Shown: positions 38,932 through 52,400 of the stretch, one piece after another | Layout of the letters: each line of letters opens with the position of its first letter | Numbering within the stretch: position 1 is the stretch's first letter | NCBI GenBank assembly: GCA_963725865.1 | Contig: CAVSAC010000014.1 | Span: 256,001-320,000, forward strand | From: Candidatus Eiseniibacteriota bacterium | GTDB lineage: Bacteria; Eisenbacteria; RBG-16-71-46 | Length of the DNA stretch: 64,000 nucleotides | Reading direction: 5' to 3' | Translations under genes and position numbers: made by a program | The notes under the pieces: model-generated | Seen by the model: only the letters and a program-made list of their open reading frames with translations | What the model was told of the DNA's origin: nothing | Databases searched by the model: none

Positions 38932-38995
38932 GGCGCCACCTCGTCGCGGGTGCGCGGGCCTGGAGCGCGCGCGGGCGAACGGCCGCTCGGGGCGG

Positions 38996-40699
38996 TCACA
39001 GCTCTCCCTCGCAGACCCACAGCAGCTCGCGGCCGTCGGGGCCACGGACGATGTGCGAGGGCCGTTCGAGGCCGAGCTCGTGCGGTCGCACGACGAAGAT
39101 CGCGTGCACCCGGCGGCCCGTGGCCCGCAGCGAATCCACGTAGGGCGCGCACTCACGGCCGTAGAGGAAGTAGTTCTTGCCGTAGCGCACGTAGTAGTCC
39201 CATCCGCCGGGGCCGGGCCGGATGTCCTTCGGATCCCGCTGCCAACGCGCGGGATCGTATTCGAGTCCGACCAGCGTCATGGCGAACGGCATGTTCACGC
39301 CGGCGGTCGTCCAGAAGACGGCATCCGCGCGCGGGAACCGCGGTCGGACGTACTCGCACGCCTGCATGAAGTCGGCATGGAAGAGGAAGTAGACCGGCGG
39401 ACGTTCCCGCCACGCTCCGAAATAGGTGGCGATGGAGCGCGCATCCTGCAGCATCGTGCTGGCGAGGAGCGCCACCGCCGCGGCCCAGGCGAGCGCGCGA
39501 CTCCGCCCGCGCATCCACCGCCAGCCGCGGGTGGCGCCCAGCGCCGCGAGCAGCACCAGCGCGACCATCCCGGGAGAGCTGCGGAAGGCGTGGACGCCGT
39601 CGTACCGACCGACGAGGTCGCCGGCGGGATAGGCGAGCACCATCGCCAGCAGCAGCGCGCACGAGGCCGAGCCGCGGCTGCCCCGCAGGGCGGCCACGAG
39701 TCCGATCAGCATCAGCGGGAGCATCGTCCACTCGAAGGCGCCCGAGTCGGCCGGCGCGTTGCCCGGGTCGACGTCGCCGCGCACGAACAGGAAGCGCGGC
39801 CCGAAATGGAGCGCGTAGCGTCCGAGCACCCGGAGCGCGATCTCGACCGGTGGAGTCCCGGGCTCCCACAGCCGGGTCATCGCGCCCCGGATCGCGATCC
39901 CGGGATCCGTGAAGTGCCGAACCACGAGCGGCCCGAACGTGACCGCGAGTCCCACCACGAATGCCAGCGCGGCCAGCGTTCCCGCGCGGGTGCGCAGTCG
40001 CGCCCGCCGGTGGTGCCAGGTGAGGAGCGCCGTCAGCGCGAGGAAGACCGGCAGATGCAGCCGCAGCGCCCAGTATCCGTAGCAGGCCGCGCCCGCGACG
40101 GCGCCGGCCAGCCCGGCGAGCGCGGGATTCGCGGGCCGTGGCTCGCCGTCGGCGATCGGCAGTCCCGCCCGCAGCATCAGGGCGACGGTGGCGAGCGTGA
40201 GGAAGGGGACGATGCTGCCGTCGATCGCCCAGCGCGTGCTCGAGAAGTGCCAGGGGTTCGCCACGAGCAGCGCGGCCGCCACGAGTCCGCAGGCGCGCCC
40301 GAAGAGTCGCGAGCCGACGGCGACCATGAGCGGCACGCACAGGATGCCGCTCACCGCCGCGGCCGAGCGCATCGCGACGACACCGAGACCGCCGAGCGCC
40401 TGGAAGGGGATCAGCCAGTAGATGAGCAGGGTCGTGCGGTTGTCGCCGATCGCGTGCGCGTAGAAGACCGGCCAGCGCGCGCCCACCATGTCGCGTCCGG
40501 TCTCGAGCAGGCACTGGGCGTTCCAGGCGTTGATGGCCTCGTCCTGATTGAGCCCCGGGGGCGAGCGATCGAGCCACACCAGGCGAAGGACGGCCGCCAG
40601 GGCCGTGAGGACGAGGATCAGGATCGCCGTCGTGCGCGCGGAGGGTTCCCCGGCCCGGACACCGATCTCAGATTCGGGAGGCCGACCGGATCGGGCCAT
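38996..40699 (-). CDS. GT-C fold membrane glycosyltransferase (GT39/ArnT-like)
   Basis: LRLVWLDRSPPGLNQDEAINAWNA, PWHFSSTR, many TM helices. Confidence 0.8.
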   Translation of the reverse strand: MARSGRPPESEIGVRAGEPSARTTAILILVLTALAAVLRLVWLDRSPPGLNQDEAINAWNAQCLLETGRDMVGARWPVFYAHAIGDNRTTLLIYWLIPFQALGGLGVVAMRSAAAVSGILCVPLMVAVGSRLFGRACGLVAAALLVANPWHFSSTRWAIDGSIVPFLTLATVALMLRAGLPIADGEPRPANPALAGLAGAVAGAACYGYWALRLHLPVFLALTALLTWHHRRARLRTRAGTLAALAFVVGLAVTFGPLVVRHFTDPGIAIRGAMTRLWEPGTPPVEIALRVLGRYALHFGPRFLFVRGDVDPGNAPADSGAFEWTMLPLMLIGLVAALRGSRGSASCALLLAMVLAYPAGDLVGRYDGVHAFRSSPGMVALVLLAALGATRGWRWMRGRSRALAWAAAVALLASTMLQDARSIATYFGAWRERPPVYFLFHADFMQACEYVRPRFPRADAVFWTTAGVNMPFAMTLVGLEYDPARWQRDPKDIRPGPGGWDYYVRYGKNYFLYGRECAPYVDSLRATGRRVHAIFVVRPHELGLERPSHIVRGPDGRELLWVCEGEL

Positions 40700-40932
40700 C
40701 GGGCACGCCGAGCTGGGAAATGGTCATGAAAGGGGTGTCTCCGAGGGGTCGTTCGGTGAGCGGTTAGCATGCGCGAAACCGCCGTACGCGCACAAGGCGA
40801 CGGTTCGGCTCGGCGGTCCGCGCTGGCGCGCGATGGGCGCGCTGCGGCGCGCCGGCGCGTGCGCTCGCGCTTCACCTGCGCGAGTCAGGTGCCTAGACGC
40901 GGGCCCGCGTCGCCGCTAGGCTCCGCTCTCCC

Positions 40933-42455
40933 ATGATCGCACCGGCCGTCTCCCTGCGCGGCATCTCGCGCCGCTTCGGGTCCTGCGTCGCCAACCAGGA
41001 TGTCTCGCTCGACCTCGCCCCCGGCGAGATCCACGCGCTGGTGGGCGAGAACGGCGCGGGCAAGACCACATTGATGCGGGTGCTCTACGGCCTGCTGCGC
41101 CCCGATTCGGGCAGCATCTCGCTCGACGGGCGCGCGGTGCACATCGCCAGTCCGGCACACGCCATGCGACTGGGCCTCGGCATGGTGCACCAGCACTTCA
41201 TGCTGGTCGATACGCTCACGGTGGCCGAGAACGTCACGCTCGCACGCGAGCCCGGCGGCGGCCTCGGTGCCTTCCGTCGCGCCGCCGCCGAACAGGCGGT
41301 GGCGGAGCTGTCCGAGCGCTACCATCTCCCGGTCGACCCGCGCGCGCGGGTGCGCACGCTGTCGGTGGGCGCCCAGCAGCGGGTGGAGATCCTCAAGGCG
41401 CTGTATCACGGCGCGCGTGTGTTGATCCTCGACGAGCCGACCGCGGTGCTGACCCCGCACGAGGTCGACGAACTCTTCGCGGTGCTGCGCGCGCTGCAGG
41501 CGAACGGCACGACGATCGTGCTCATCACCCACAAGCTCGGCGAGGTGAAGGCCCTCGCCCAGCGCGTCACCGTGATGCGCGCTTCACGCGTGGTGGGCGG
41601 CGGCGCGGTCGCCGACCTCTCGACCGCCGAGATCGCCGCGCTCATGGTCGGCAAGCCGATCGCCGAGCTGCAGCCGCGCGCGGCGCGCCCGCCGGGCGTG
41701 GTGGCGCTCGCGGTGCGCGACCTCGAGGTGCACGGCCACCGCGGGCTGCCCGCGGTGCGCGGCATCTCGTTCGAGGTGCGCGCGGGCGAGATCGTGGGGC
41801 TCGCCGGGGTCGAGGGCAACGGCCAGCACGAGCTGATCGAGTGCCTCGCCGGGCTGCTGCCGCCGGCGCGCGGCACCATCGAGATCGCGGGCCACACCGT
41901 CAGCGGGCGCTCGGCGCGCGAGCACCGCGCCGCGGGCCTCGCGCACATCCCGAGCGACCGCCTGCGCCGCGGGCTCGTGATCGAGATGTCGCTGGCCGAG
42001 AATCTCGCGCTCGGCCGCCAGCGCGAGCCCGCGTTCGGCCGCGGACCGCTGCTCGAGCGCGCTTCGCTCGAGCGCCACGCTCGCCCGCTGCTGGCCGCCT
42101 ACGACGTGCGCCCGGCGGATCCCGCGGCGCGCGCCGGGGCACTGTCGGGCGGCAACCAGCAGAAGCTGATCGCCGCGCGCGAGCTCTCGCGCGGCGTGCC
42201 GGTGGTGATCGCCGCCCACCCGACGCGCGGCGTCGACCTCGGCGCGGTGGCGTTCCTCCATCGGCGGCTGCTCGAGGAGCGCGACGCCGGGCGCGCGGTG
42301 CTGCTGGTGTCGTCCGAGCTGAGCGAGATCCTCGCGCTCAGCGACCGCGTGCTGGTGCTCTACGAGGGCCGCATCGCGCTCGCGACCACGCCGGCGGACA
42401 CCACGGAGCGCGCGCTCGGGCTGTGCATGACCGGGCGCGCGGTGGAGCGCCACGC

Positions 42456-42459
<4 letters not shown>
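40933..42459 (+). CDS. CUT2-type ABC transporter ATPase (nucleoside, NupA/YufO-like)
   Basis: GENGAGKT, GMVHQHFML, LILDEPT, LSGGNQQK, HPTRGVD. Confidence 0.93.
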
Positions 42460-43537
<1,078 letters not shown>

Positions 43538-43538
<1 letters not shown>

Positions 43539-44446
43539 TGGAACTCCTGCTCTTCCTCGCCGCGATGCTGCGCATCAGCATCCCCTACACGCTGTCCGCG
43601 ATGGGCGCCTCGTTCAGCGAGCGCGGCGGCGTCATCAACATCGGGCTCGAGGGCATCATGCTCAACGGCGCGCTCGCGTACGTGCTGGGCGCGTACTGGA
43701 GCGGGAACCCGTGGGTGGGCGTGGCGGCCGCGCTGCTCGCGGGCCTGCTCACCGCAGCGCTGCACGCGGTGGTCACGGTGGGCTTCCGCGCGGATCAGAT
43801 CACGAGCGGACTCGGCATCAACCTGCTGGCCGCCGGCCTCACCAAGTTCGTGCTCACCGGGGTGTTCCACTCCTCGTCGAACTCGAGCCGCGTCGTCGGC
43901 CTGCCCGAGTGGTCGGTGTTCGGGCTCGAGCGGCTGCCGGGGATCGGCACCGTGCTCGGCACGCCGTTGGTGGTGATGACGGTGGCGCTGGTGTTCGTGG
44001 CGCAGTGGGCGGTGTTCCGCTCGGTACTCGGCCTGCGTCTGCGCACGATGGGCGAGCGCCCCGAGGCCGCCGCCACGCTGGGACTCTCGGTGCCGCTCTA
44101 CCGCACGCTCGGCGTGCTGATCTCGGGCGCGTTCGCGGGGCTGGCGGGCGCGTGGCTCGCCAGCGAGCAGCACTCGTTCACCGACGGCATGACCGGCGGG
44201 CGCGGTTACATCGCGATGGCGGCGATGATCGTGGGCAAGTGGTCGCCGGCAGGCGCCGCGGCCGCGTGCCTGCTGTTCGGCGCCGCCGAGGCGCTGCAGA
44301 TCCGCCTGCAGGGCTCGGGCTTCCCGAACGAGCTCTTGCAGATGCTTCCGTACCTCGTCACCATGCTCGCCCTCGCCGGCTTCATCGGCCGCGCCGTGCC
44401 GCCGCGCGCGGACGGCGTGCCCTACGACCCGGAGCACCCCGCATGA
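43538..44446 (+). CDS. Nucleoside ABC permease
   Basis: SERGGVINIGLEG, GLRLRTMGE, GRGYIAMAAMIVGKW, MLPYLVT. Confidence 0.92.
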
Positions 44447-45297
44447 ACGAAGCGCCCCTGCTGCCCAGCCACGACCTCGACCAGCGCCTGGCCGACGCGG
44501 TGCACGCGATCAGGCTTCTGACCGCGCGCGTCCCGCAGGTCGGACTCACGCTCGGCTCCGGGCTCGGCGGCGCCATCGACGCGCTCGAGGATGCCGTGGT
44601 GCTGCCGACCGCCGAGCTGCCGCACTGGCCGCGCTCGACCGTGCACGGCCATGCCGGCCGGTTGGGCCTCGGAACCTGGAAGGGCGTGCAGGTGGTGGCG
44701 CTGTCGGGACGCAGCCATCGCTACGAGGGCTACCCCCTCGACCGGGTCACGTTCGCGGCGCGGGTGATGCACGCGCTCGGGGCGCGCACGATGATCTTCA
44801 CCAACGCGGTGGGTGCCATGAACCCCGACTACCAGCCCGGCGACGTGATGGTGGCGAACGGCCACGTCAACTTCATCGGCAAGCGCGGCGCGTTCACTCC
44901 CGCGGAGCTGCGCGAGCGGCGCGCCGGCCGCCGCGTGCGCGATTACTACTCGCCGGTGCTGCGCGAGCGGCTGGTGAGTGCCGCGATGCGCGCCGGCGTG
45001 CGGCTCCATCGCGGCACCCTGATGGGCGGCCTCGGCCCGACCTACGAGACCGCCGCCGAGGTGCGGATGGCGGGCCATCTCGGGGCCGACGTGGCCTGCA
45101 TGAGCACCGTGCACGAGGTGATGGTGGCGGCCGAGCTGGGCTGCGAGGCCGCGAGCCTCTCGTGCATCACGAACAAGGCGACCGGCCTGGCGACCGAAAA
45201 GCTCATGCACGAGGACGTCACCGAGGTCGGCAACCGCGTCGCGGTCCTGCTGCGCCGCATCCTCGACGAGTACTTCGCCGACATCGCGCGCAGCTGA
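44443..45297 (+). CDS. Purine-nucleoside phosphorylase (trimeric type)
   Basis: LGSGLG, STVHGHAG, GRSHRYEG, TNAVG, GPTYETAAE, MSTVHE, ITN. Confidence 0.92.
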   Translation: MNEAPLLPSHDLDQRLADAVHAIRLLTARVPQVGLTLGSGLGGAIDALEDAVVLPTAELPHWPRSTVHGHAGRLGLGTWKGVQVVALSGRSHRYEGYPLDRVTFAARVMHALGARTMIFTNAVGAMNPDYQPGDVMVANGHVNFIGKRGAFTPAELRERRAGRRVRDYYSPVLRERLVSAAMRAGVRLHRGTLMGGLGPTYETAAEVRMAGHLGADVACMSTVHEVMVAAELGCEAASLSCITNKATGLATEKLMHEDVTEVGNRVAVLLRRILDEYFADIARS

Positions 45298-45401
45298 AGC
45301 ATCCGCGGCACCGCGCGCCGCCTCGGCGCGCCGCGCGCAGCGCCGCACCGCCGCGCGCGCATCGCCGGCCCGCGCGACCATCCGCGCGGATCACCGGCCG
45401 C

Positions 45402-47516
45402 TCAGCGTCCGCGCTCCGCCACCGCCAGCGACTCGCGCGCCGCCGCGTTGCCCGGGAAGTGCTTCAGCTCCGCGCGGAACGCCTTCGCCGCGCGATCGCG
45501 CCGGCCCGCGCGCATCCAGGTGCGCCCCTCCTCGAACCACACGCCGCGCTCCGGGCCCTGCAGGCGGCGCTCGAGCGCGAACTCGCGGATCGCGGCCGGG
45601 AACTCGCCCCGCTCGCGGGCGAGCTGGCCGAGCAGCTCGTGGACGCGCACGAAGTCCGGATCCACCCTGAGCACCATGCGCAGCAGACGTTCGCCCTCCT
45701 CCAGATGGTCGGCGCTCAGCGCCAGCACCGCCATCACGCCGAGCGCGCGCGCATTCGCGGGCGAGGAGTTCGCGGAGCGCGCGGCCTCGGCGGCCAGCGC
45801 CGCGTTGCCCCCCGGGTCCCGCAACGCCGCGGCGCCCAGCGCGGCGAAGCGCGCGCGGCTGCCGGGCAGGACGTGGTAGGCGTACCGCGCGGCCACGCTC
45901 GCCAGCGCGCCCGTGGGTCGCACGTAGACCGCGGCTGCGTCGTCGAGGAACACCAGCGTCCAGGCCGAATCGTCGTCGAGGAACGCGAGCAGACTGTCGG
46001 CCTCGGGCACCCGGCGTCCCAGCACCGCGTAGTCGAAGTGGTAGCGCGCCTCCAGCCGCCGCCAGGAGGCGCGGTCACCCTGCGCGTACGCGTAGAGGTC
46101 GCGCAGCTCGCGCGATCCGGACTGGTGGATGTCCATGAACGGCAGTCGCGAGCGATCCGGCCAGAACCGCCACAGCAGGTAGCCCGCCTGGTCGAACTGG
46201 GTCAGGCCGCGCCCGCGCACCCCTTCGCGCGCGATGAAGTCGCACGCCGCCGCCGGCCAGAACGCGGCATTGAGGCGCGGCCCCGGGCGCCACAGGCGCA
46301 CCGCGTACACGCACGCCAGCAGGCTGGCGAGTCCCGTGGCCAGCAGCAGCAGTCGCACCGCCGCCGTCGCGCTCGCGCGACCCCGCGCCCGAGCCGCCAG
46401 CTCGCTCGCATCGCGGGCGAGGAACGGCCCCGCCGCGATCGCCACGAAGCCGATGAAGCGCTGGCCGCCGAGCGGCAGCGGCACCAGCGCCAGACACAGC
46501 AGCAGCTCGGCGCGATCCCAGCGCCCGAGCCATGCGCCGCGCGCCAGCACCAGCGCGGGCCAGCCGATCAGGACCAGCGGCGACAGCGAATGCCACTGGA
46601 ACGACCAGTCGAAGGGCCGCAGCTCGCCGATGATCCCGAAGATCGGCTCGTGGCTCCAGAACAGCGCGTACTCGAACGGCTGCCACGCCGCGCGCCAGCC
46701 GAACGGGTTCACCAGCGCGGCGACGGCCATCAGGCCGGCCGCGAGCGCCAGCCGCCCGACGGGGATGCGCGAGCGGCCCGCGGACGCGGCGCGCGAGACC
46801 GGCAGCCACGCGTCCACCAGGAACGCGCCCGCGAGCAGCAGCCCGAGCCAGTACGAGACGTGCGCGTTCGCCCACACCAGCGCCGTGGCGACCAGCGGCA
46901 CCGTGCGATCGCGCCCGTCCGCGCGCCAGCCCGCGAGCAGCCACGTCTGCAGCGCGAGCAGCACCACCGCGAGCGTTTCGGGCCGCAGCTGGCTGCGCTG
47001 GCGATAGCCCACGATCGCGAGCATCACCGTCAGCACCGCCACCACGCCGGAGGCGCCCAGACGGCGCGCCGTGACCCACATCAGCACCGCGGCCGCGAGC
47101 GTGGTGATCCAGCGCCACGCGTACAGTCCGCCGACCCCGGCCAGGTTCCAGAACGGCCACAGCAGGGCGCGGAACAGCCACGAGGGCGTGACGACCGGCT
47201 CGCCGTATGTCGGCCACGACCACAGCTGCGTGGTCGGGACGGCGTGACTCGTCCAGATCGCGCGCCCAACGGTGAGGTGCTGACCGATGTCGGGATCGAC
47301 GATCGGATCGCTGACCAGCGCCACCACCGCGAGTGCTGCCAGCATCAGCGCGACCAGCATCACGCGGTCGGGGCGCGCGGGCGCGGCGGGCGCGGGCGCG
47401 GCCGGCGCGGGGGCGGCCGGCGCGGGCGGCGGCGCCCTGCGGCGCGACGCCTCCGCCGGTGGAGTCGCCGGGCGCGCCGGTGCCGTCGGCCTCCGGGGCC
47501 GCGGAGGCCGCGTCAT
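45402..47516 (-). CDS. Polytopic membrane protein (GT-C-like) with C-terminal TPRs
   Basis: DPDIGQHLTVG, LRPET, LVWANAH, LVNPFG, GYLLWRF; TPR-like helices at the C-terminus. Confidence 0.65.
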   Translation of the reverse strand: MTRPPRPRRPTAPARPATPPAEASRRRAPPPAPAAPAPAAPAPAAPARPDRVMLVALMLAALAVVALVSDPIVDPDIGQHLTVGRAIWTSHAVPTTQLWSWPTYGEPVVTPSWLFRALLWPFWNLAGVGGLYAWRWITTLAAAVLMWVTARRLGASGVVAVLTVMLAIVGYRQRSQLRPETLAVVLLALQTWLLAGWRADGRDRTVPLVATALVWANAHVSYWLGLLLAGAFLVDAWLPVSRAASAGRSRIPVGRLALAAGLMAVAALVNPFGWRAAWQPFEYALFWSHEPIFGIIGELRPFDWSFQWHSLSPLVLIGWPALVLARGAWLGRWDRAELLLCLALVPLPLGGQRFIGFVAIAAGPFLARDASELAARARGRASATAAVRLLLLATGLASLLACVYAVRLWRPGPRLNAAFWPAAACDFIAREGVRGRGLTQFDQAGYLLWRFWPDRSRLPFMDIHQSGSRELRDLYAYAQGDRASWRRLEARYHFDYAVLGRRVPEADSLLAFLDDDSAWTLVFLDDAAAVYVRPTGALASVAARYAYHVLPGSRARFAALGAAALRDPGGNAALAAEAARSANSSPANARALGVMAVLALSADHLEEGERLLRMVLRVDPDFVRVHELLGQLARERGEFPAAIREFALERRLQGPERGVWFEEGRTWMRAGRRDRAAKAFRAELKHFPGNAAARESLAVAERGR

Positions 47517-47526
47517 CCGCGGACCG

Positions 47527-49435
47527 TCACCGCAGCAGCTCCACCTTCTCGATGTGGTCGCCCTGCACGATGCGCCACACCACGTCCATGCCCTTCGTGA
47601 CGTGCGCGAAGATGGTGTAGCGCCCGTCGAGGTGCGGTTGCGGCGAGTGCGTGATGAACCACTGGCTGCCGCCGGTGTCCTTGCCCGAGAGCGCCATGCC
47701 CACCATGCCGGGCTCGTAGCGACGGTGGTTGTACTCGCAACGGATCGAGTAGCCCGGCCCGCCCGCGCCGGTGCCGGTGGGGTCGCCGTCCTGGATCACG
47801 AAGTTCGGCACCACGCGATGCACCAGGTCGCCGTCGAAGTAACCGCGCTCGGCGAGCCACACGAAGTTCTTCACCGTCTGCGGCGCCTCGTCGCCGTAGA
47901 ACTCCCACGTGATGTCGCCCTTCGAGGTGTGGATCACCGCGCCGCGCGCCGCGGGCGGGGCGAAGAACTCCTCCCCGTAGCTCGCGAGCTGCGCGTGGGC
48001 CGGCGGGTGCGCGCGCTCCAGGCTGTCGGCGTACGCGCGGCCCGCGAGCGTGCGCAGCGCGTCGCGCAGCGAGATGCGTGCGTCGGCTTCGGCGTCGGCG
48101 GCCCAGCGCTCGTACGCCGCCGTCAGCGCGGGCACGCTGGCGCTGTCGCCCAGCGTGCCGAGCGCGTCGGCCGCGCCCGCCACCGCCAGCACGCTGGTGT
48201 CGGCCAGCACCGCGCGCAGCTCGGGAGCCACCGCACGGTCGCCCAGCTCGCCCAGCGCCTCCTCGGCCGCCATGCGCTCGCCCACCGGATACGTCGCCGC
48301 CAGCCGGGTCCGCAGCAGCGGCCTGACGTCGGCGGGCGCGAGCAGTCCCAAGTTGCGCAGCGCGCCGGCGCGCACCACCGGGCTCGGATCGTCGAGCATC
48401 CCCGAGAGGTCCACCTCGGCGCGCCGGTGCAGCCGCATCAGCGCGCGGGCGCTCGCCACGCGCGTCGCAGCGTCGGCGTCGCGCGTGTGCGCCACCAGCG
48501 CATCGAGCGTGGTGCGGCGTGCGGTGGTATCCGCCGCCGCGAGCCAGAAACGCTCCGCGAGCGCGGTCGCGGCGGTCACGCGCACGTACGGATGCTCGTG
48601 CGCCAGCTCCTTCGCCAGCGCCGGACCGCACGCCGCGCACGTGCTGTCGCCGATCTGCTGGAGCGAGCGGATGGCGTTGATGCGCACGCCGAGGTCGCTC
48701 TCGCGCCCGAGCACCGGCGAGCAGGCCCGGCGGTCGCCTGCGCCGACTTCTGGCGGCCGAGCGTGCGCGCGGCGTAGGCGCGCACGGTGGGGTCCGGATC
48801 GCTCAGGTGCGGCAGCACGACCGGGTCGATGCGCGCCGGAGCCACCACCTTCTCGAGCGCGTAGATCGCTCGCCAGCGCGCGCCGGCATCGCGATCGCCC
48901 GCGTGTTCGAGCAGCGCTCCGATCGCGGTGGAGTCCGCCAGCCGCCACAGCGCCACCGCCGCCTCGCCGCGCATCGCGGGATCGCGATCGGCGAGGTGCT
49001 TCACCACCGTCGGCGTGGCCGCCTTGTCGCCGAGCTTGCCGAGGGCTTCGAGCGCGATCCGCGCGAGCGCGGGATCGGGCGCGACGCTGGCGCGCTCGAG
49101 CGGCTCGCGAGCCGAGCGATGGCCGATCTGCCCGAGCGCGAACGCCGCCTCGCGGCGCACATCGGGGCTGCGGTCCTCGAGCAGCGGCAGCATGGCGGGA
49201 ACCGAGGTGCTGTCCTGCAACCGTCCCACCGCAAGCGCCGCGCGGGCGCGGATCGCGGCGTCGGAGTCCTGCAGCGCGTCCTGGAGCGTCGCGTCCCAGG
49301 TTCGCCGGTCCTCGGCGGTGGCGATCCCGCGCGAAACCGGCGCGGGGGCGACGGCGCGCGTCGCGGCACTCGCGCCGCCGGCCGTCAGCAGCGCGATCAG
49401 CGCCGTGGCGGCCGCTGCGCGATTCAGCGCGTCAC
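47527..49435 (-). CDS. HEAT-repeat protein with C-terminal cyclophilin PPIase; split by indels (~48720 and near the start)
   Basis: N-terminal HEAT repeats (VRREAAFALGQIG) in ORF 48576..49553; cyclophilin HRVVPNFVIQDGDPTGTGAGGPG and GGSQWFITH..HLDGRYT in ORF 47527..48948. Confidence 0.85.
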
Positions 49436-52400
49436 GGCGTCGTGGGCTCCACCAGGCGGTGCGGCCGGCGCAGCTTGACGAGGCGACCCTCGTAGGTCGC
49501 GTTCGAGGCGCCGTTGTCGGCCTGCAGACGATAGAAGTAGACGCCATTCGCAAGCTTGTCTCCTTCCGCGTCGCGGCCGTCCCACGGCAGCTGGTGGTAG
49601 CCGGGCGCGAGCTGGCGTTCGAAGCGACGGTAGATCAGCCGCCCGGTCACGGTGTAGACGCGGATGAGTACGTCGGCCGGGCTGCCGCTCTCGAGGTTGA
49701 ACGAGAAGTACGCTCCGAGCTCGTCCTCGAACGGGTTGGGGAACAGCATCGCATCGACGAGCTTCAGCTCGCCGCTCGTGATCGTCACCTTGAACGTGTG
49801 CGCCGCGACCAGCGCGCCGTCGAGCAGCACTTCGACCGTGTAGTCGCCGACCGGGTAGGGCGAGTGGGTCCACGCCAGCACGTGCTCGCGGCCCGAGGCG
49901 TCGCCGGCGTTCGGCGTCGCCGTGATCGTCTGATCGACGCCGTTGATGCGCACGACGTACGAGGTCTGCGGCGTCGCGACCGGCACCGGGCACAGCATCA
50001 ACAGCGTCAGGTTCGCGGTCGGCGGGACCACGTCGCCGTCGGGGATCGCGATGCCTTCGGAGCGCAGCACGGTCTGGAACGGGAACGCCACGTCGAAGGA
50101 CGTGGCCACGCCCTGACGGTCCGTGGCGCGGAACGTGAACGTGGTGGAGCGCGGCTGCAGCGACGTGAAGTAGGTGATCTGGTAGCGCCGTCCGCCCAGC
50201 CCGCCGAACGCGGTGTCGGGGAACGACGGCGTGATGGAGTAGTCGCCGACGGCGATCGTGTCCTGCACGCCCGCAATCACGCGGTCGATCCGCAGGCGGG
50301 TCAGCGCTTGGTTCGACACCAGGTCGGCGACCACGCGCACGGTGTCGCCGAGCGTGTGCAGCCGCACCGCCTGCGCCCGAGGTGACGGCGAGCCCGTTCG
50401 CGGTCACGAACGACTGCGGCGCCGCGATCGAGATGCGCGTCGCCGGATCGCCGAGCAGCTCGTAGCTGAGGCCCACGTTGCGCTCGCCGGCGCTATTGAT
50501 CACCTGGGGGACCCACTTCAGGAGCGCCAGCGCGATGGCGTCGCCGAGGACCGGGTGCGCGTACGGATCGCCCTGGCCGCGCTGGACGAGCGAGGTGTCG
50601 GGCGGCACCCGCGAGAACAGCGCGCGCGTCAGCTCCAGACTGATGTGGCTCAGGTTCGGGTTCTGCGACGGGATCAGCTCGAAACCGGTCGATGCCCACG
50701 AGGCGATCGCGCCGGTGCGTGGCGCGTTCACCATCTCCTCTCCCACACTCTGACCATAGAATTGGTCGCGCTCCAGCCAGTTCGTGAAGGCATTCGCGTG
50801 GCACGAGAATGCCGAGAAGAAGAATGGCCGGTCGGTGTTGGCGAGCATGCGCCAGTCGTCGGTCGTCCCCTGGGACATCCAGATCCACTCGTGTGAGAGC
50901 AGGAGCTGATTGGCGTGCCCGTGGTAGTTCCACCACAGCTTGCCGGCGTTGAGGCGATTCACCAGCAGCGGCGTGACGGCCGCCCGGGTGTGCTGCTCGG
51001 TCACGCTGGCGTTGGGCCGGCAGACGCTCCCGCCCACCATCACGGTGTCCTCGTTCGCCAGGTACTGCGCCATCGAGAACACCTCGGGGCTCGACTGGGC
51101 GAGCCCGGCCTCGTTCAGGATGATGTCCGCCGAACGCCGGTTGAGGTCCTCGAACACCGCCTCGTAGTTGTGGCGGCAGTAGGTGGTGCTGTTGAACTGT
51201 CCGAACAGGTCGCCCGAGTAGAGGTCATCGGCCAGCAGCGTCATCTCACGGCGCCAGGTCTGGCCCGCGCTCACGGTGTCGTAGGCGGCCAGCTTCCTGG
51301 CGATGTCGGCGGCCTCGGCGGCGCTGTTCACCGGCAGGCGCCCAACATAGACGTCGTGGAGCCCGGGAGTCACGCGCGGGTCGGGCGTCGGAATGCAGTC
51401 CGGATCCACGCACCAGCCGTACCACGAGTCGCTGGGGATGAGCTCGAAGCCGAACTCGTTTCCCACCGATACGCCGACCGGGCTCGGGATCATCATGGTC
51501 GGTACCCACTCCAGGCTGGAGGCGGAGTAGATCTGCCGGCCGTCCTGTCCGCCGGCATCCCCCATCAGCGTCACGTAGCGGGTGCTCCAGTTGTTGTACG
51601 CGTAGCGGATCAGCCGCTTGACCGCGTGCGCCGACGCGCGGCCGCCGTTGAACTGGTCGCGGATCGCCTCGTAGGGCGCCACCAGCACGCGCAAGCCCTG
51701 CGCCTCGCGCGCGGCGACCAGCGGCGCGACCGCGCCCTCCCACGCTCCGGGGATCACGAGCAGGTAGTCGTAGGACGTGGGGCCGCCCGTCAGCGGGCGG
51801 CGCGTCACCGCGCCGTAGGCTTCGGGGGCCGCAAAGCGCGGGGTGTCGAACACCACGTAGCGGCGCGGCTGGGCGCTTGAGGTCGAGTCCTGGAACTCGA
51901 TGCTCCAGCGTCCGGCCGCCTGCGTGATGTGCGAAGGGTCGACCACCAGGCGCACGGCCTGCGTGGAGTCGGCGACGTCCCACACCTCGATCGCATTCGA
52001 CGCGAAGCGATCCGCCTTCACCTGGTACTCGCCGTCGCCGTCCGCGCTGGTGCACGGCAGGTAACCCTGGATCGCGCGGTAGCCGCGCCAATGCGTGACC
52101 TCGAACCAGTTGAACGCGGTCGCGATCACCGGATCGATCACCGGATCGGGTGGATTGGGATACAGGCGGGTCCACACCTTCAGGTTGTTCCGGCCATCGG
52201 TCAGCACCGACGCCGGCGCGGAGACCGTGAACGTGCTGACCGTGTTACCGAACATCGGGACCGAATCGAGCACCGTCGTGAGCCCGCCGAGCCCATTGCG
52301 GGTCTGGGCCCACAGTAACCGCAGCTCCGTGCGACGTCCGATGAACTGGATCGCCAGGCGAGCCGCCCGCGTCGTGTCGAGGTCGTTGGCGTTGAACAGG

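Noticed and set aside
47370..47430. Short GC tandem repeats (gcgggc/gccggc units); similar stretches at ~9440-9500 and ~45300-45400
   Set aside because: They encode Pro/Ala linkers or are low-complexity GC sequence, not a distinct repeat element.
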